This document shows, piece after piece, positions 16,947 through 26,448 of a stretch of DNA of 42,639 nt. The stretch is from positions 16,676 to 59,314 of the forward strand of contig DAINND010000001.1 of NCBI GenBank assembly GCA_036736065.1, given 5' to 3'. The translations under genes were made by a program, and so were the position numbers. The number at the start of each line of letters is the position of its first letter. The first letter of the stretch is position 1. The notes beneath the pieces were generated by a model. That model was not told the DNA's origin and ran no database searches. It saw nothing but the letters and a program-made list of their open reading frames with translations. This DNA is from Ilumatobacteraceae bacterium. GTDB taxonomy: Bacteria; Actinomycetota; Acidimicrobiia; Acidimicrobiales; Ilumatobacteraceae.

Positions 16947-19900
16947 CCTTCGGAGCGGGGCCGATCAGACGCATCGTCCGCACGAAGGTCCCGCCGATGC
17001 GCTCTGCCCATCGTTCGAAGCGTCCACCGCTCCCCCACGCCGGGCCGCCTTCATCGTCTCGCGGTTCGAGCGCCAGCAACTCGTCGAAGCGGAGCGTGCC
17101 GAATGCGGCGATCACGGCAGCATCGTCGCCGTCACCCTTGCTGAACTCGCCGCCGTCGCCCCATTCCTTGGCAGCGGCCTTCGCTGAGCCCGCGACGAAC
17201 GCCAACGAGGTCTTCGGGAAGAACGGGATCGCGTCGCGCAACGACCGTCGGTGCAGGTCGACGATCAGCTCGAGCACCCCGGCTGCGGCAGCCGGGTCGC
17301 CGAGCTCGTACTGCTCGACCGCCACGCCGGCCTTGGTCGTGGTGGTGCCGATGAGGACGTACTGCCAGAGTTGGTCGGGACGCACAGCCGAGACTGCGAG
17401 GAGGTCGAGCCACGCCGAGAGGCGGCGCTTGTCGGAGATCTGCGACACCGATGCATCGACGAGCAGATGGCCGTGGGCACGGTCGACCCGACCGTGCACG
17501 AGCGTGGGGCCAGCGCAGAGCACCTCGATCTCGACCGAGGAGGCCACCGCAGGAACACCCGCCATCGACAACGTCGCCTCGACGAGGCGGTGGACCGCCG
17601 CCGCTTGCTCGGCGAGGGCACGGGCGACGTCGTCGCCGTAGCGGAACGGTGGCAGGGCGCCCGACGCGCGGAACACGTCGAGACGATCGTCAGCCGCCCT
17701 GTCGGCGGCATCGGGCGACGTCGCCAGCCGCGCCGCGAGCACCTGGTCGGCGAGCTTCCACCGGTCGAGGCCCGCAACGGCCAGGGGCACCAGTTCCTCC
17801 CGGGCCCCAGCAGCTCGCTCGGTGCTGAGGCCGAGCCGGTCGCTCAGTAGGGCCTCGAGAGGAGTGCGCAGGCTCCGACGCAGGTCGGCCAGTGACACCG
17901 TGTCGGTCTCGGCCGCACGGAGTGGGGCCCCGAGCGGCGGTGGGGGCGGGTGCTGCAGACGGCGCTGCTCGGCTGCAGCACGCGCGCCTGCATCGAAGCT
18001 CCACGGCCCCTCGACGCCGAGCCGGCCCGGGACGAAGTTCGGCTCGGACCACGCCTGGCGCGGATGGTCGACCGAGATGGCCTCGCGCAGGCTCCCGGCA
18101 GCGGCTCGAAGGCCGTCGACGGGCGGCGTCGCCGTCGCATCGATGAGGTCGGCGAGCTCGGCGAGCACGACCGATGGGGCGACCTCGGCGTTGGTGGCGA
18201 GATCCCGACCGGTGCTGCACAGCACCAGGTGCTCACCTGCGGCCAGCACGGCGTCGAGCAACTGGGCGCGCACCTCCGATCGGGCGTCACGGTCACCGAC
18301 GCACGGCGCCTGGGCCGTCAGGTCGTCGGCCGACGATGCCCCTGCAGCCCCGAGCTCACCGTCGAGGCCGAGCAGGCACACGACCGGGTACGGGATGCCT
18401 CGCTGGGCCGTGAGCGACGAGACGGTGACGGCCCCGGTGCCGAACCGAGGCCGACCGGGGCGACCGGAGAGCTGCCCGGACAACAGCGCTGCCAACTCGT
18501 GCGGGTCGATCGGGTGCAGGTGCGCCGATCCGCTCGCGAGCGCCTCGTCGCGCACCGCGCCGAGCTCGGCTTCGAGCAGCTGCCACTGCCAGCTGTCGGC
18601 GTCGTCGAGTGAGCAGAGCGACTCGGCGGTGGCCAACAGCGCCTCACACCACTCGACCGGGTCGGAGGTGCCGAGGAGCCGATCGACCGCTGCGGCGACG
18701 AGGTCGACGAGCTCGGCGCGCGCGCCGAGCAGGATCACATCGTCGCCCTCGAGGTCGCCGTAGGGCACCACACCTCCCGCGCCGAGGCGGTCGCCGCGGT
18801 CGGCGACCGCCGCGCCGAGCAACAGTTGGTCGAGCCCGGCACGCCAGGTGTTGGCGGTGTAGGTGGACGGGAGCCCGAACCCACCACGATGCTCGGCGTC
18901 GAGGCCCCAGCGGACGTGGGTGGCCTGGGCCCACGCAGAGAGCCGTCCGACCGCATCGAGGGTGAGCCCGAAGCGACGGCCCACCGGCGGGTGCAGCGCC
19001 AGGCCGAGCACGTCGCCCGCACGGAAGCGGCCGTCGAGCAGGTCGAGCACGGCGAGCACGGCATCGAACAGCGGCACGTCACGGCGCAGCGAACGGTCGG
19101 CGACGCGCACAGGGATCGCTGCCAGTGACCCACCGGGCCCGTCACCGGCGAAGACCGCCTCGACGAGCGGGGCGGCGGCGGCGACGTCGGGGCAGAGCAC
19201 GACGATGTCGCGAGGATGCAGGCGGGGCTGACCTGCCGCGTCGCGCTCGGCCAGCAGCCGCACCACGACGTCGCGCAGCACCTCGACCTGTCGGCCGAGG
19301 CCGTGGCAGCGGTGCCACTGGACCGACCGGTCCGACTGCCCGCTCGGCGCCGGAGCCGGCGCGTCGGGCGACGCGGGGTCGACGTCGAGGCGGATCGCTC
19401 GCTGGAGACGCTCGAGGAGGGTGCCGTCGGCAGCCGGCGGTGGCCCCTCGACCTCGACGATGGTCGCCCCGGCCCCCATCGCCGCGGACAGCAGGCCCAG
19501 GTGAGCCTCACGAGGTGAACGCGCCCAGGTGCGGCTGAGCGGATGGGTGATGACCGCCGCGGTGACGTCGTGGGCGCGCAGCACGGCGAGGGCGGACGCG
19601 TCGCGCGCTGCCGGGTGGAGCCGGCGCCACCACATGAGGCTCGGCACCGGCGCGAGCACGTGCACCTGACGGTGGGACGCGAGCGCCTGGAGGACGTCGA
19701 GGTGCGGCGAGGGCAGGCCCGCCACGCCGAACACGACGAGGCGCTCGGGGAGATCGGCCGGAACCATGCCTGCGCGCACCTGCTCGACGAGCGCCGCGGT
19801 GCGCGACGCAGGGCTCTGGCTCCCGATGCGCTCGCCGAGCAACCGCCAGAGCCGGGGCTGCCAGCGCGCCGAGGCCGGCAGCGCCTGGCCGTCGACCCCG

Positions 19901-20340
19901 AGGTCGTGCCCCCGCTCCCACGCGTGGACCATCTCGACACGATGCAGGCCGTAGCGGTCGAACAGGTCCGCGATCGCACGCGCCCTGGCCAGCTCCGGGA
20001 CGAGGCCCAGCTCGTGGCGTTCGGTGTGCAACAGGTCGTGGACGACCCACGTGAGCGGGCCGATCGCCCATGGGTCGCTCTCGTCGGTGAGGCCGAGCGC
20101 CCTGCGCACGAGCGAGCCGGGGTAGACCAGCTCGACGTTGGCGACGATGCCGTCGCCCACCTCGTCCGCCGATGCGCCGAGCGACCTGGCGAGCCGGTGG
20201 ACCAGCCACGTGCGCACGCCGTCGCCGGGCACGGCCACGAGGTCGCGTGCGAACGGGTCCGACGGGACGGCGCTCAGCACCTCAGCCGCCTCGGCGGCGA
20301 GGAGCTCGAGACGCTCGGCGACGACGAGCCGCATGCTCAT
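16927..20340 (-). CDS. recC: Exodeoxyribonuclease V gamma subunit RecC
   Basis: 1137 aa ORF immediately upstream of recB, overlapping it by 20 nt. The N-terminus (LVVAERLELLA...DPFARDLVAVPGDGVRTWL) and overall length fit RecC. The gene order recC-recB-recD is the canonical one. Confidence 0.85.
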   Translation of the reverse strand: MSMRLVVAERLELLAAEAAEVLSAVPSDPFARDLVAVPGDGVRTWLVHRLARSLGASADEVGDGIVANVELVYPGSLVRRALGLTDESDPWAIGPLTWVVHDLLHTERHELGLVPELARARAIADLFDRYGLHRVEMVHAWERGHDLGVDGQALPASARWQPRLWRLLGERIGSQSPASRTAALVEQVRAGMVPADLPERLVVFGVAGLPSPHLDVLQALASHRQVHVLAPVPSLMWWRRLHPAARDASALAVLRAHDVTAAVITHPLSRTWARSPREAHLGLLSAAMGAGATIVEVEGPPPAADGTLLERLQRAIRLDVDPASPDAPAPAPSGQSDRSVQWHRCHGLGRQVEVLRDVVVRLLAERDAAGQPRLHPRDIVVLCPDVAAAAPLVEAVFAGDGPGGSLAAIPVRVADRSLRRDVPLFDAVLAVLDLLDGRFRAGDVLGLALHPPVGRRFGLTLDAVGRLSAWAQATHVRWGLDAEHRGGFGLPSTYTANTWRAGLDQLLLGAAVADRGDRLGAGGVVPYGDLEGDDVILLGARAELVDLVAAAVDRLLGTSDPVEWCEALLATAESLCSLDDADSWQWQLLEAELGAVRDEALASGSAHLHPIDPHELAALLSGQLSGRPGRPRFGTGAVTVSSLTAQRGIPYPVVCLLGLDGELGAAGASSADDLTAQAPCVGDRDARSEVRAQLLDAVLAAGEHLVLCSTGRDLATNAEVAPSVVLAELADLIDATATPPVDGLRAAAGSLREAISVDHPRQAWSEPNFVPGRLGVEGPWSFDAGARAAAEQRRLQHPPPPPLGAPLRAAETDTVSLADLRRSLRTPLEALLSDRLGLSTERAAGAREELVPLAVAGLDRWKLADQVLAARLATSPDAADRAADDRLDVFRASGALPPFRYGDDVARALAEQAAAVHRLVEATLSMAGVPAVASSVEIEVLCAGPTLVHGRVDRAHGHLLVDASVSQISDKRRLSAWLDLLAVSAVRPDQLWQYVLIGTTTTKAGVAVEQYELGDPAAAAGVLELIVDLHRRSLRDAIPFFPKTSLAFVAGSAKAAAKEWGDGGEFSKGDGDDAAVIAAFGTLRFDELLALEPRDDEGGPAWGSGGRFERWAERIGGTFVRTMRLIGPAPKDVDRHD

Positions 20341-20450
20341 GGTCGATGACCTCGGAGCGACACTGCACGTGTGATGACCACCTCCCCAGCCTAGAGAGGG
20401 GGTGTGGCACCGATTGGCGGAGTCGACGCCCGAGCGGCCAAGGTAGCCAC

Positions 20451-20936
20451 ATGGCGTACCGACGGTCCGGTGACGGGTTCATCCGCTGCTCGGACGGCCA
20501 CGTCCGCTGGGGCGTGTTCGGCGCAGCGGGTGTGGTGTTCGTGCTGCGCGACGACGACGGTGCCCGCGTCATGCTGCAGCAGCGCTCGGCCTTCTCCCAC
20601 GAGGGTGGCACCTGGTCGTGCGCGGGCGGCGCCATCGACGAGGGCGAGTCCCCGCTCGATGCGGCCCTGAGGGAGGCCTCCGAGGAGGTGGGCGAGATCC
20701 CGCCGACGCACCGCGTGGTCGGCGAGTACGTCTTCCGGCCGGCCGACGACTGGTCGTACACGACCGTGGTCGTCGACGTCGACGAACCGTTCGGGGCGTC
20801 GATCAACTTCGAGACCGACGCGGTCGAATGGGTCCCGCTCGACGTCGTCCATCACCGCCCGCTCCATCCTGGCTTCGCCGCAGCGTGGCCACACCTGAGG
20901 GCGATCATCGATCGAGCGCCGTCCCCGCCGACGTGA
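20451..20936 (+). CDS. Nudix hydrolase
   Basis: Complete Nudix box GGAIDEGESPLDAALREASEEVGE. ATG 20451 is chosen; the track ORF start at 20172 lies inside recC. Confidence 0.85.
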   Translation: MAYRRSGDGFIRCSDGHVRWGVFGAAGVVFVLRDDDGARVMLQQRSAFSHEGGTWSCAGGAIDEGESPLDAALREASEEVGEIPPTHRVVGEYVFRPADDWSYTTVVVDVDEPFGASINFETDAVEWVPLDVVHHRPLHPGFAAAWPHLRAIIDRAPSPPT

Positions 20937-21889
20937 GCGGTCGGACGACCCGGTTCGACGTCGTCGTCATCGTCGACTGGAGCGCCTCGTCGGTCCCGAA
21001 GGTCGGTCGCGACTCGATCTGGGTCGCCGTGCGCACCCACGATGCCGTCACCGTGCGCAACCCGCCGACGCGCGCCGCAGCGCGCGACCTGCTCGCCGAC
21101 GTCCTCGAACGCCACGACGGGCAGCGGGTGCTCCTCGGTGTCGACGTGGCCCTCGGCTACCCGGCGGGCACGGCGCAGGCAGCGCTCGGCCCGGTCGACC
21201 GTGACCGGCCGTCCTGGCGGCGCTGGTGGGAGACCGTCGACGCCCGTCTGGTCGACGGTCCTGCGAACACCAACAATCGGTTCACCGTCGCGGCCGACCT
21301 GAACGCGGCGATCGGCCCGGGCCCCGGGCCGTTCTGGGGAACCACCACGGACAGGGCGACGAGCCCGAACCTGGCGCGCGGAAAGGTCGCCGGCTTCCCC
21401 CACCTCGCCGACGCTGGCGCCGTGCGCGACGAGTTCCGGCTCGTCGAGCGCGTGCGGCGCCACGAGCACCACCGACCTGCGTCGGTGTGGCAGCTCGCCG
21501 GCGCCGGCGCCGTGGGTAGCCAGACCCTCACCTGCATCCCGGTCATCGAGTCGCTGCGCCGAGACGGGCGCCACGGACGGCGGCTGCAGGTGTGGCCGTT
21601 CGAGACGGGCTTCGTGGCCGAACCGGCGGCCGGGTCACCCGACGCCGTGATCGTCGCGGAAGTGTGGCCCACCCTGTGCCCACTGCCCGCCCCTTGGCCC
21701 CATCCGGTGAAGGACGCCTCACAAGTGCTGGTCCTGAGCGAGCACCTCGCCGCCCTCGATCGCTCGGGTGCGCTCGGCGCCTGGTTCGATCCCGGTCTCC
21801 CCGACGACGCTCGCCCGTCGGTGCTCGACGAGGAGGGTTGGGTCCTGGGGGTGCGGTGGCCCACAGAGGGGGCCGACGCGCTCAGGTGA
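20933..21889 (+). CDS. Conserved hypothetical protein, translationally coupled to the Nudix gene (RNase-H-like/DUF429-like architecture suspected, not established)
   Basis: GTG 20933 overlaps the Nudix TGA (GTGA). High GC3. Motifs read from the sequence are VVIVDWSAS, LLGVDVALGYPAG, NNRFTVAADLN, SVWQLAGAGAVGSQT, VWPFETGF, AEVWP and EEGWVLGV. Confidence 0.65.
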   Translation: MSGRTTRFDVVVIVDWSASSVPKVGRDSIWVAVRTHDAVTVRNPPTRAAARDLLADVLERHDGQRVLLGVDVALGYPAGTAQAALGPVDRDRPSWRRWWETVDARLVDGPANTNNRFTVAADLNAAIGPGPGPFWGTTTDRATSPNLARGKVAGFPHLADAGAVRDEFRLVERVRRHEHHRPASVWQLAGAGAVGSQTLTCIPVIESLRRDGRHGRRLQVWPFETGFVAEPAAGSPDAVIVAEVWPTLCPLPAPWPHPVKDASQVLVLSEHLAALDRSGALGAWFDPGLPDDARPSVLDEEGWVLGVRWPTEGADALR

Positions 21890-22766
21890 CCTGGATGATG
21901 TGGCCGCGACCGGCCCGCTTCGCGATCGAGGCTGCGCCGATGCCCGTCAGGAGCAGCCCGTCCGGTGTGAGGTCGCCGTTGCTGACGGTGAGGCCGACGC
22001 AGGCCCCCATGGCGAGGAACTGCTCGCCGACCATGAACGGGAAGGCCATGGCCATGATGACCCGCTCCGCCACGGGGCGAGCGGTCGACATCGAGGCGTT
22101 GCGTTCGAGGAGGATGACGAATCCGTCGATGCCGTGCCGCACGGCGATGTCGCCGGGGCGCAGGCAGGCCATCAACCGCTGCGCTGCAGCCGCGAACACC
22201 TCACGACCGACCTCACGGCCGTGCTCGTCGACGATCGTGTTGAAGTCGTCGAACACGACGAACATCACCACCCGACCGGGGTACGACCACGACTCCTCGC
22301 GCACGGCCACCGCCAGCGCACGCTCGAGCGCAGCCCGGCTCCACAGCCCTGTCGCGGGGTCGTGCTCGGGCCCGATCGGGCCCTCGGGCAGGACCGCGAC
22401 CTCGTCGGACGCGCGTGCGCCCTCGGTCGCCGCAGCACGAGCCTGCTCGTGGCTCACCGACTCCGCCGGAGACTGATCGGAGACGGCCACGCCTGGGCCC
22501 TCGGGCTCGATCGCACCGACGACGGCGAGCGGCGATGCCGGCGCGACAGCCGATGCCGGGAGGGTCGGCACCAGGGTGCGCAGGCCGAGCACGGTCGCGG
22601 CGACGAGCAACGAGCCGACGAGCACCGCCGGCAGACCGGCGAGCACGCCGAGGCCCACGAGGGCGATGACCACCACTGCTGCCGCAACACCCGCGACCAC
22701 CGACCCACTCCGTTGCGTCACACCGCACCCCTTCGCCCCGTCGCTCCCTGTCGACGGTCTCTGCAT
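21882..22766 (-). CDS. Membrane-anchored GGDEF-domain protein with a degenerate active site (GIDGF) and an intact RxxD I-site
   Basis: Two N-terminal hydrophobic segments are followed by DPATGLWSRAAL...VVFDDFNTIVDEHGREVGREVF...LRPGDIAVRHGIDGFVILL...IAKRAGRGH. An alternative start is GTG 22721, preceded by AAGGGG. Confidence 0.8.
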   Translation of the reverse strand: MQRPSTGSDGAKGCGVTQRSGSVVAGVAAAVVVIALVGLGVLAGLPAVLVGSLLVAATVLGLRTLVPTLPASAVAPASPLAVVGAIEPEGPGVAVSDQSPAESVSHEQARAAATEGARASDEVAVLPEGPIGPEHDPATGLWSRAALERALAVAVREESWSYPGRVVMFVVFDDFNTIVDEHGREVGREVFAAAAQRLMACLRPGDIAVRHGIDGFVILLERNASMSTARPVAERVIMAMAFPFMVGEQFLAMGACVGLTVSNGDLTPDGLLLTGIGAASIAKRAGRGHIIQVT

Positions 22767-22869
22767 GACTGTCCGGAGCCCAGCGGCTGGCGCCGGATGG
22801 GTTGGGCTGGGAGATCACGCCGCCCGATCGGCTCCGAACCGTGTCACACCCCTGGCGCACCATGGCCGC

Positions 22870-23109
22870 ATGACCCCTCAGCCCGACCTGACACCGCAGC
22901 CCACGGCACGGCCGGAGGCTCCCCAGCAGCTCAGCCTGCTCCCCTCGTCCTCGGCACCGGTGCGCTTCCGCCTCGACCGCCGCACACGTGAGCTCGGCCT
23001 GGCCCACATCGCTCGCATCCGCCGCCAGCTCGCCGAGCGCACCGACAGCACGGCCGCCGTCGGCACCGACACTGCTCGTGAGGTCGGCCAGCCCCAGCGC
23101 GCCGCCTGA
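22870..23109 (+). CDS. Small hypothetical protein (79 aa)
   Basis: An ATG-initiated ORF with strong GC3 bias. It reads QLSLLPSSSAPVRFRLDRRTRELGLAHIARIRRQLAE. No family was recognised. Confidence 0.45.
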   Translation: MTPQPDLTPQPTARPEAPQQLSLLPSSSAPVRFRLDRRTRELGLAHIARIRRQLAERTDSTAAVGTDTAREVGQPQRAA

Positions 23110-23116
23110 GCGCCAG

Positions 23117-24106
23117 CTAGGCGGCGCTGGGTGAGAGGGCGCGCACGGCCTCCCAGTACTTCAGCTCGGGATCGAGCGGCAAGATCGCGATCGAGCTCGT
23201 CGTCACCCCGTTGTCGAAGTAGGCCTGGATGGTGGCGCGGCACTGCTCGGGCGATCCGTGCACCACGAGGTCGTCGACCACCTGGTCGGGGATCGCCGCC
23301 AGCGCCGCCTTGCGGTCGCCCGCCTGCCAGGCGTCCCACATCGGCTGCAGCTGCTCACCACGGCCGAGCCAGCGGTGGAACTCCGCGTACACAGGGACGT
23401 TCAGATAGGCGGCCACGGCGAACTTCGCCGCAGCCCGCACGGCCTCGGTGTTCTCGCTCGGGCAGCAGAAGATCCGGGCGACGATCTCTTTGTCGACACC
23501 GCCTGCTGCGTCGCGCACGACGCCCGCGACACGCGCCACGTCGGTCGGCGACAGCCAGTTGATGATCGCGCCATCACCCTCGCGGGCAGCGAGGCGCAAC
23601 ATGCCCTCGCGCAGTGCCGCCACCAGGATCGGCGGCGTCTGCTCCGGTCGCACACCGAGCTTGAAGCCCTGGATCGTGAAGGTGTCGTAGCTCTTCGCGA
23701 TCTTCTCTCCGGAGAGCGCGTCGCGCAGGAAGCGCACCACGTCACGGACCTTCTTGTAGGGCTCCACGAAGGGGACGCCGTTCCAGCGCTCGACGATCAC
23801 GTTGCTGCTCGACCCGATGCCGATCGCGAACCGACCGGGGGCCGCATCAGCGAGCGAGGCCACGCTCTGGGCGAAGCATGCCGGCGAACGGGTGTAGGCC
23901 GGGATGATCGCCGTGCCGAGGCGGAGCCTCGGCTCCCACGCCGCTGCGAGGGCGAGGGGTGTGAACCCGTCGGCGCCGTCGGATTCGGCCGACCAGATGT
24001 CGGTGTAGCCGAGGTCGGCAAGCTCGCCCAGCTTCTCGCGGTGCGAGTGCAGCGGGCCGGGCAGCGGCACGGTCATGCCGGGGCGGACGGGGAGTGCCAT
24101 GGTCAT
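23117..24106 (-). CDS. LLM-class (luciferase-like) flavin/F420-dependent oxidoreductase
   Basis: Reads LGYTDIWSAESDGADGFTPLA...LGTAIIPAYTRSP...FAIGIGSSS...ILVAALREGMLRLA, a luciferase-like TIM barrel. AAGGAG lies 5 nt upstream of ATG 24106. The start overlaps the upstream stop (ATGA). Confidence 0.85.
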   Translation of the reverse strand: MTMALPVRPGMTVPLPGPLHSHREKLGELADLGYTDIWSAESDGADGFTPLALAAAWEPRLRLGTAIIPAYTRSPACFAQSVASLADAAPGRFAIGIGSSSNVIVERWNGVPFVEPYKKVRDVVRFLRDALSGEKIAKSYDTFTIQGFKLGVRPEQTPPILVAALREGMLRLAAREGDGAIINWLSPTDVARVAGVVRDAAGGVDKEIVARIFCCPSENTEAVRAAAKFAVAAYLNVPVYAEFHRWLGRGEQLQPMWDAWQAGDRKAALAAIPDQVVDDLVVHGSPEQCRATIQAYFDNGVTTSSIAILPLDPELKYWEAVRALSPSAA

Positions 24107-24942
24107 CGGCTCCTTGGTTCGTCGTGGTGTCGAGCGGTTCGTCCAGTGTCCCAGAAGCGCACGATGCAGCTCTGGCTCGCCGTGGCGAGCAGCGTGCCGT
24201 CCTCGGCGTACATGTGCACCAACCCGTGGGCGAAGCCTCGCTCCACGGCATGGACGCGGATGTCGAGCAGCACCCACTCGGTGGGCACGAGGTGCACGAC
24301 GCGCAGCGTGTTGTCGAGGCTGTTGCCGCCGCCGAGCACACCGAGCGCCTGGCCGACCCCCATCGGCACGAAGTCGCCGAGGATGGCCAGCGCCGTCGCA
24401 TCGACACCCTCGATCACGTCCGGCAGACGCGCCCACAGCAGGGTCTGGCCGTCACCCGGGGTGCCGTCGAGCTCGTCGAGCGGCCGACCCTTGGCGAGGC
24501 GCTGCTCGAGGCGGTCGTTGATCGTGCCGTCGGTGGGCAGACGGTGCGCGCGCCGCTCGCACTCGTCGGGTGGCGGTGCTGCAGGCATCGTCTCGAACTG
24601 CCCGGAGGCATCGATCGGACGATGGCCCAGCGCCGCGTTCACGGTGAGGATCTCGCGGTTGCCCACGTGGCACACGGCGCGGGCCTGGGTCATCTGGTGA
24701 CCCACCACGGCCAGCGTCACATCGACGTCCATCACCTCGCCCGGCTTGGCGAAGGACAGGTACTGGGCCGTCGCCCACACGACGTCGCGGCCGCTGGTCC
24801 CTTCGAGCGCGGAGATGGCCGCACCCAGGCCGCATCCACCGAAGAGGAAGTTGCCGGTGGTGCTGATGCCGCGGGTCACCTCGAGGTGCCAGCGGAACGG
24901 GTTGTGGCTCTGCTGCAATCCGAGGAACGACCGACTGTCCAT
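24103..24942 (-). CDS. Acyl-CoA thioesterase II-like (double hot-dog) protein
   Basis: About 280 aa with two hot-dog-like halves (GNFLFGGCGLGAAISA...; ...LDIRVHAVERGFAHGLVHMYAEDGTLLATASQ). ATG 24942 is chosen within the track ORF. Confidence 0.7.
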   Translation of the reverse strand: MDSRSFLGLQQSHNPFRWHLEVTRGISTTGNFLFGGCGLGAAISALEGTSGRDVVWATAQYLSFAKPGEVMDVDVTLAVVGHQMTQARAVCHVGNREILTVNAALGHRPIDASGQFETMPAAPPPDECERRAHRLPTDGTINDRLEQRLAKGRPLDELDGTPGDGQTLLWARLPDVIEGVDATALAILGDFVPMGVGQALGVLGGGNSLDNTLRVVHLVPTEWVLLDIRVHAVERGFAHGLVHMYAEDGTLLATASQSCIVRFWDTGRTARHHDEPRSR

Positions 24943-25006
24943 GACCCGCTCGACTCTATGCGCCGACCCGGAGAGCGGACGGCACGGTGGCCGCACCCAG
25001 CGGCAG

Positions 25007-25012
25007 TAGCGT
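25007..25012 (+). promoter_or_regulatory. -10 box (TAGCGT) for the leaderless amidase gene
   Basis: Reads TAGCGT-ggcgacc-ATG(25020). Confidence 0.3.
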
Positions 25013-25019
25013 GGCGACC

Positions 25020-26429
25020 ATGTCAGACACCCCGTGGCAGGGCGACGCCTGTTCCCTCGTCGACGAGTTCCGCGCCGGACGGCGAAGCCCGATCGAGGAG
25101 CTGCGCGCCACCTACGCGGCGATCGAGGCCAGCGACCTCAACGCGTTCTCGTTCCTGGCACGCGAGCAGGCGGAGGCTGCGGCGCTCGCCGCCGACGTGT
25201 CCCAGCCCTTCGGTGGTGTGCCGATCGGCGTGAAGGAGCTCGACCAGGTCGAGGGCTGGCCCGACACCGAAGCCTGTGTGGTGTTCGCCGACCGTACCGC
25301 CACCCAGACCTCGTTCCAGGTCCGGCGCATCCGCGACCGGGGCGGCGCGGTGCTGGCCGGGCTCACCACCGCGAGCGAGTTCGGGGGCGTGAACGTCACC
25401 CGCACCGTGCTGAACGGCGCCACCCACAACCCCTGGCAGCAGGGCCGCACCCCGGGAGGCTCCTCGGGCGGCAGCGCCGCAGCGGTGGCCGGGGGCCTGG
25501 TCACGATCGCCACCGGTGGCGACGGGGGCGGCTCGATCCGCATCCCGGCCGGGTTCACCGGCCTGGTGGGGCTGAAGTCCACCTTCGGGCGCATCCCGCG
25601 CGGCCCACGCGCCGAGAACGGCAACTACACGGTGACGGTGGGGTGCATGGCGCGCAGCGTGCGCGACACCGCCCGCTGGTTCGACGTCTGCAACGGCCAC
25701 GACCCGCGCGACCAGTTCAGCCTGCCCCGCGTCGAGGGCTGGGAAGCCGGCCTGGGCACGCACGCCACTGCCCTGCGCGGCATGCGTGTGGCCGTCGTGG
25801 CCGACTGGGGTGGCGCCGTGGTCTCACCGGCGATGTGGTCGATGCTCGAGGAGGCCGCCACGCACCTCATCGCGACGGTCGGCCTGCGACGCGTCGACGG
25901 CGTCGACACCTCGTTGCCGTCGATGGGCGCGGCGTGGAGCATCAGCGGGATGATCTCGATCGCGACCGAGCTCGGTGATGCCTGGCCCGGATGCGCCGAC
26001 GTGCTCACCCCCGAGATGCGCTTCGGCCTCGAGACCGCACCGCAGCGGTACGGCATCGAGGCGCGCGCCAAGATCGAACGGCGACGCATGGAGCTCAACG
26101 AGCGCATGGCCGCGATCTTCGACCCGGTCGACGGTGTCGACCTCGTGATCACCGCCAGCAACCCCGACGTCGCCTTCGCCGCCGAAGGTCCGTTGCCGGC
26201 GGAGTTCGGCGGTGTCCACGCCGGAGCCGGCAACAACGGTCGGCTCACCTTCCCGTGCAACCTGCACGGGAACCCGGGCGTCTCGGTGCCGGCCGGCCCG
26301 CTCGACGGCCTGCCCGTCGGCCTGCAGATCATCGGCCGGCACTTCGCCGCGCCCCTGTTGCTCGACCTCGCCCTCGCCATGGAGCGCACCCGCCCCTGGC
26401 CGTTGGTCGCCCCCGGTTCACCGGTCTGA
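25020..26429 (+). CDS. Amidase-signature family amidase
   Basis: The amidase-signature sequence is present: GVPIGVKE...TTASEFGG...GGSSGGSAAAVAGG...GGDGGGSIRIPA. Confidence 0.88.
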   Translation: MSDTPWQGDACSLVDEFRAGRRSPIEELRATYAAIEASDLNAFSFLAREQAEAAALAADVSQPFGGVPIGVKELDQVEGWPDTEACVVFADRTATQTSFQVRRIRDRGGAVLAGLTTASEFGGVNVTRTVLNGATHNPWQQGRTPGGSSGGSAAAVAGGLVTIATGGDGGGSIRIPAGFTGLVGLKSTFGRIPRGPRAENGNYTVTVGCMARSVRDTARWFDVCNGHDPRDQFSLPRVEGWEAGLGTHATALRGMRVAVVADWGGAVVSPAMWSMLEEAATHLIATVGLRRVDGVDTSLPSMGAAWSISGMISIATELGDAWPGCADVLTPEMRFGLETAPQRYGIEARAKIERRRMELNERMAAIFDPVDGVDLVITASNPDVAFAAEGPLPAEFGGVHAGAGNNGRLTFPCNLHGNPGVSVPAGPLDGLPVGLQIIGRHFAAPLLLDLALAMERTRPWPLVAPGSPV

Positions 26430-26448
26430 TCGAGCGCCGACCGCCACC

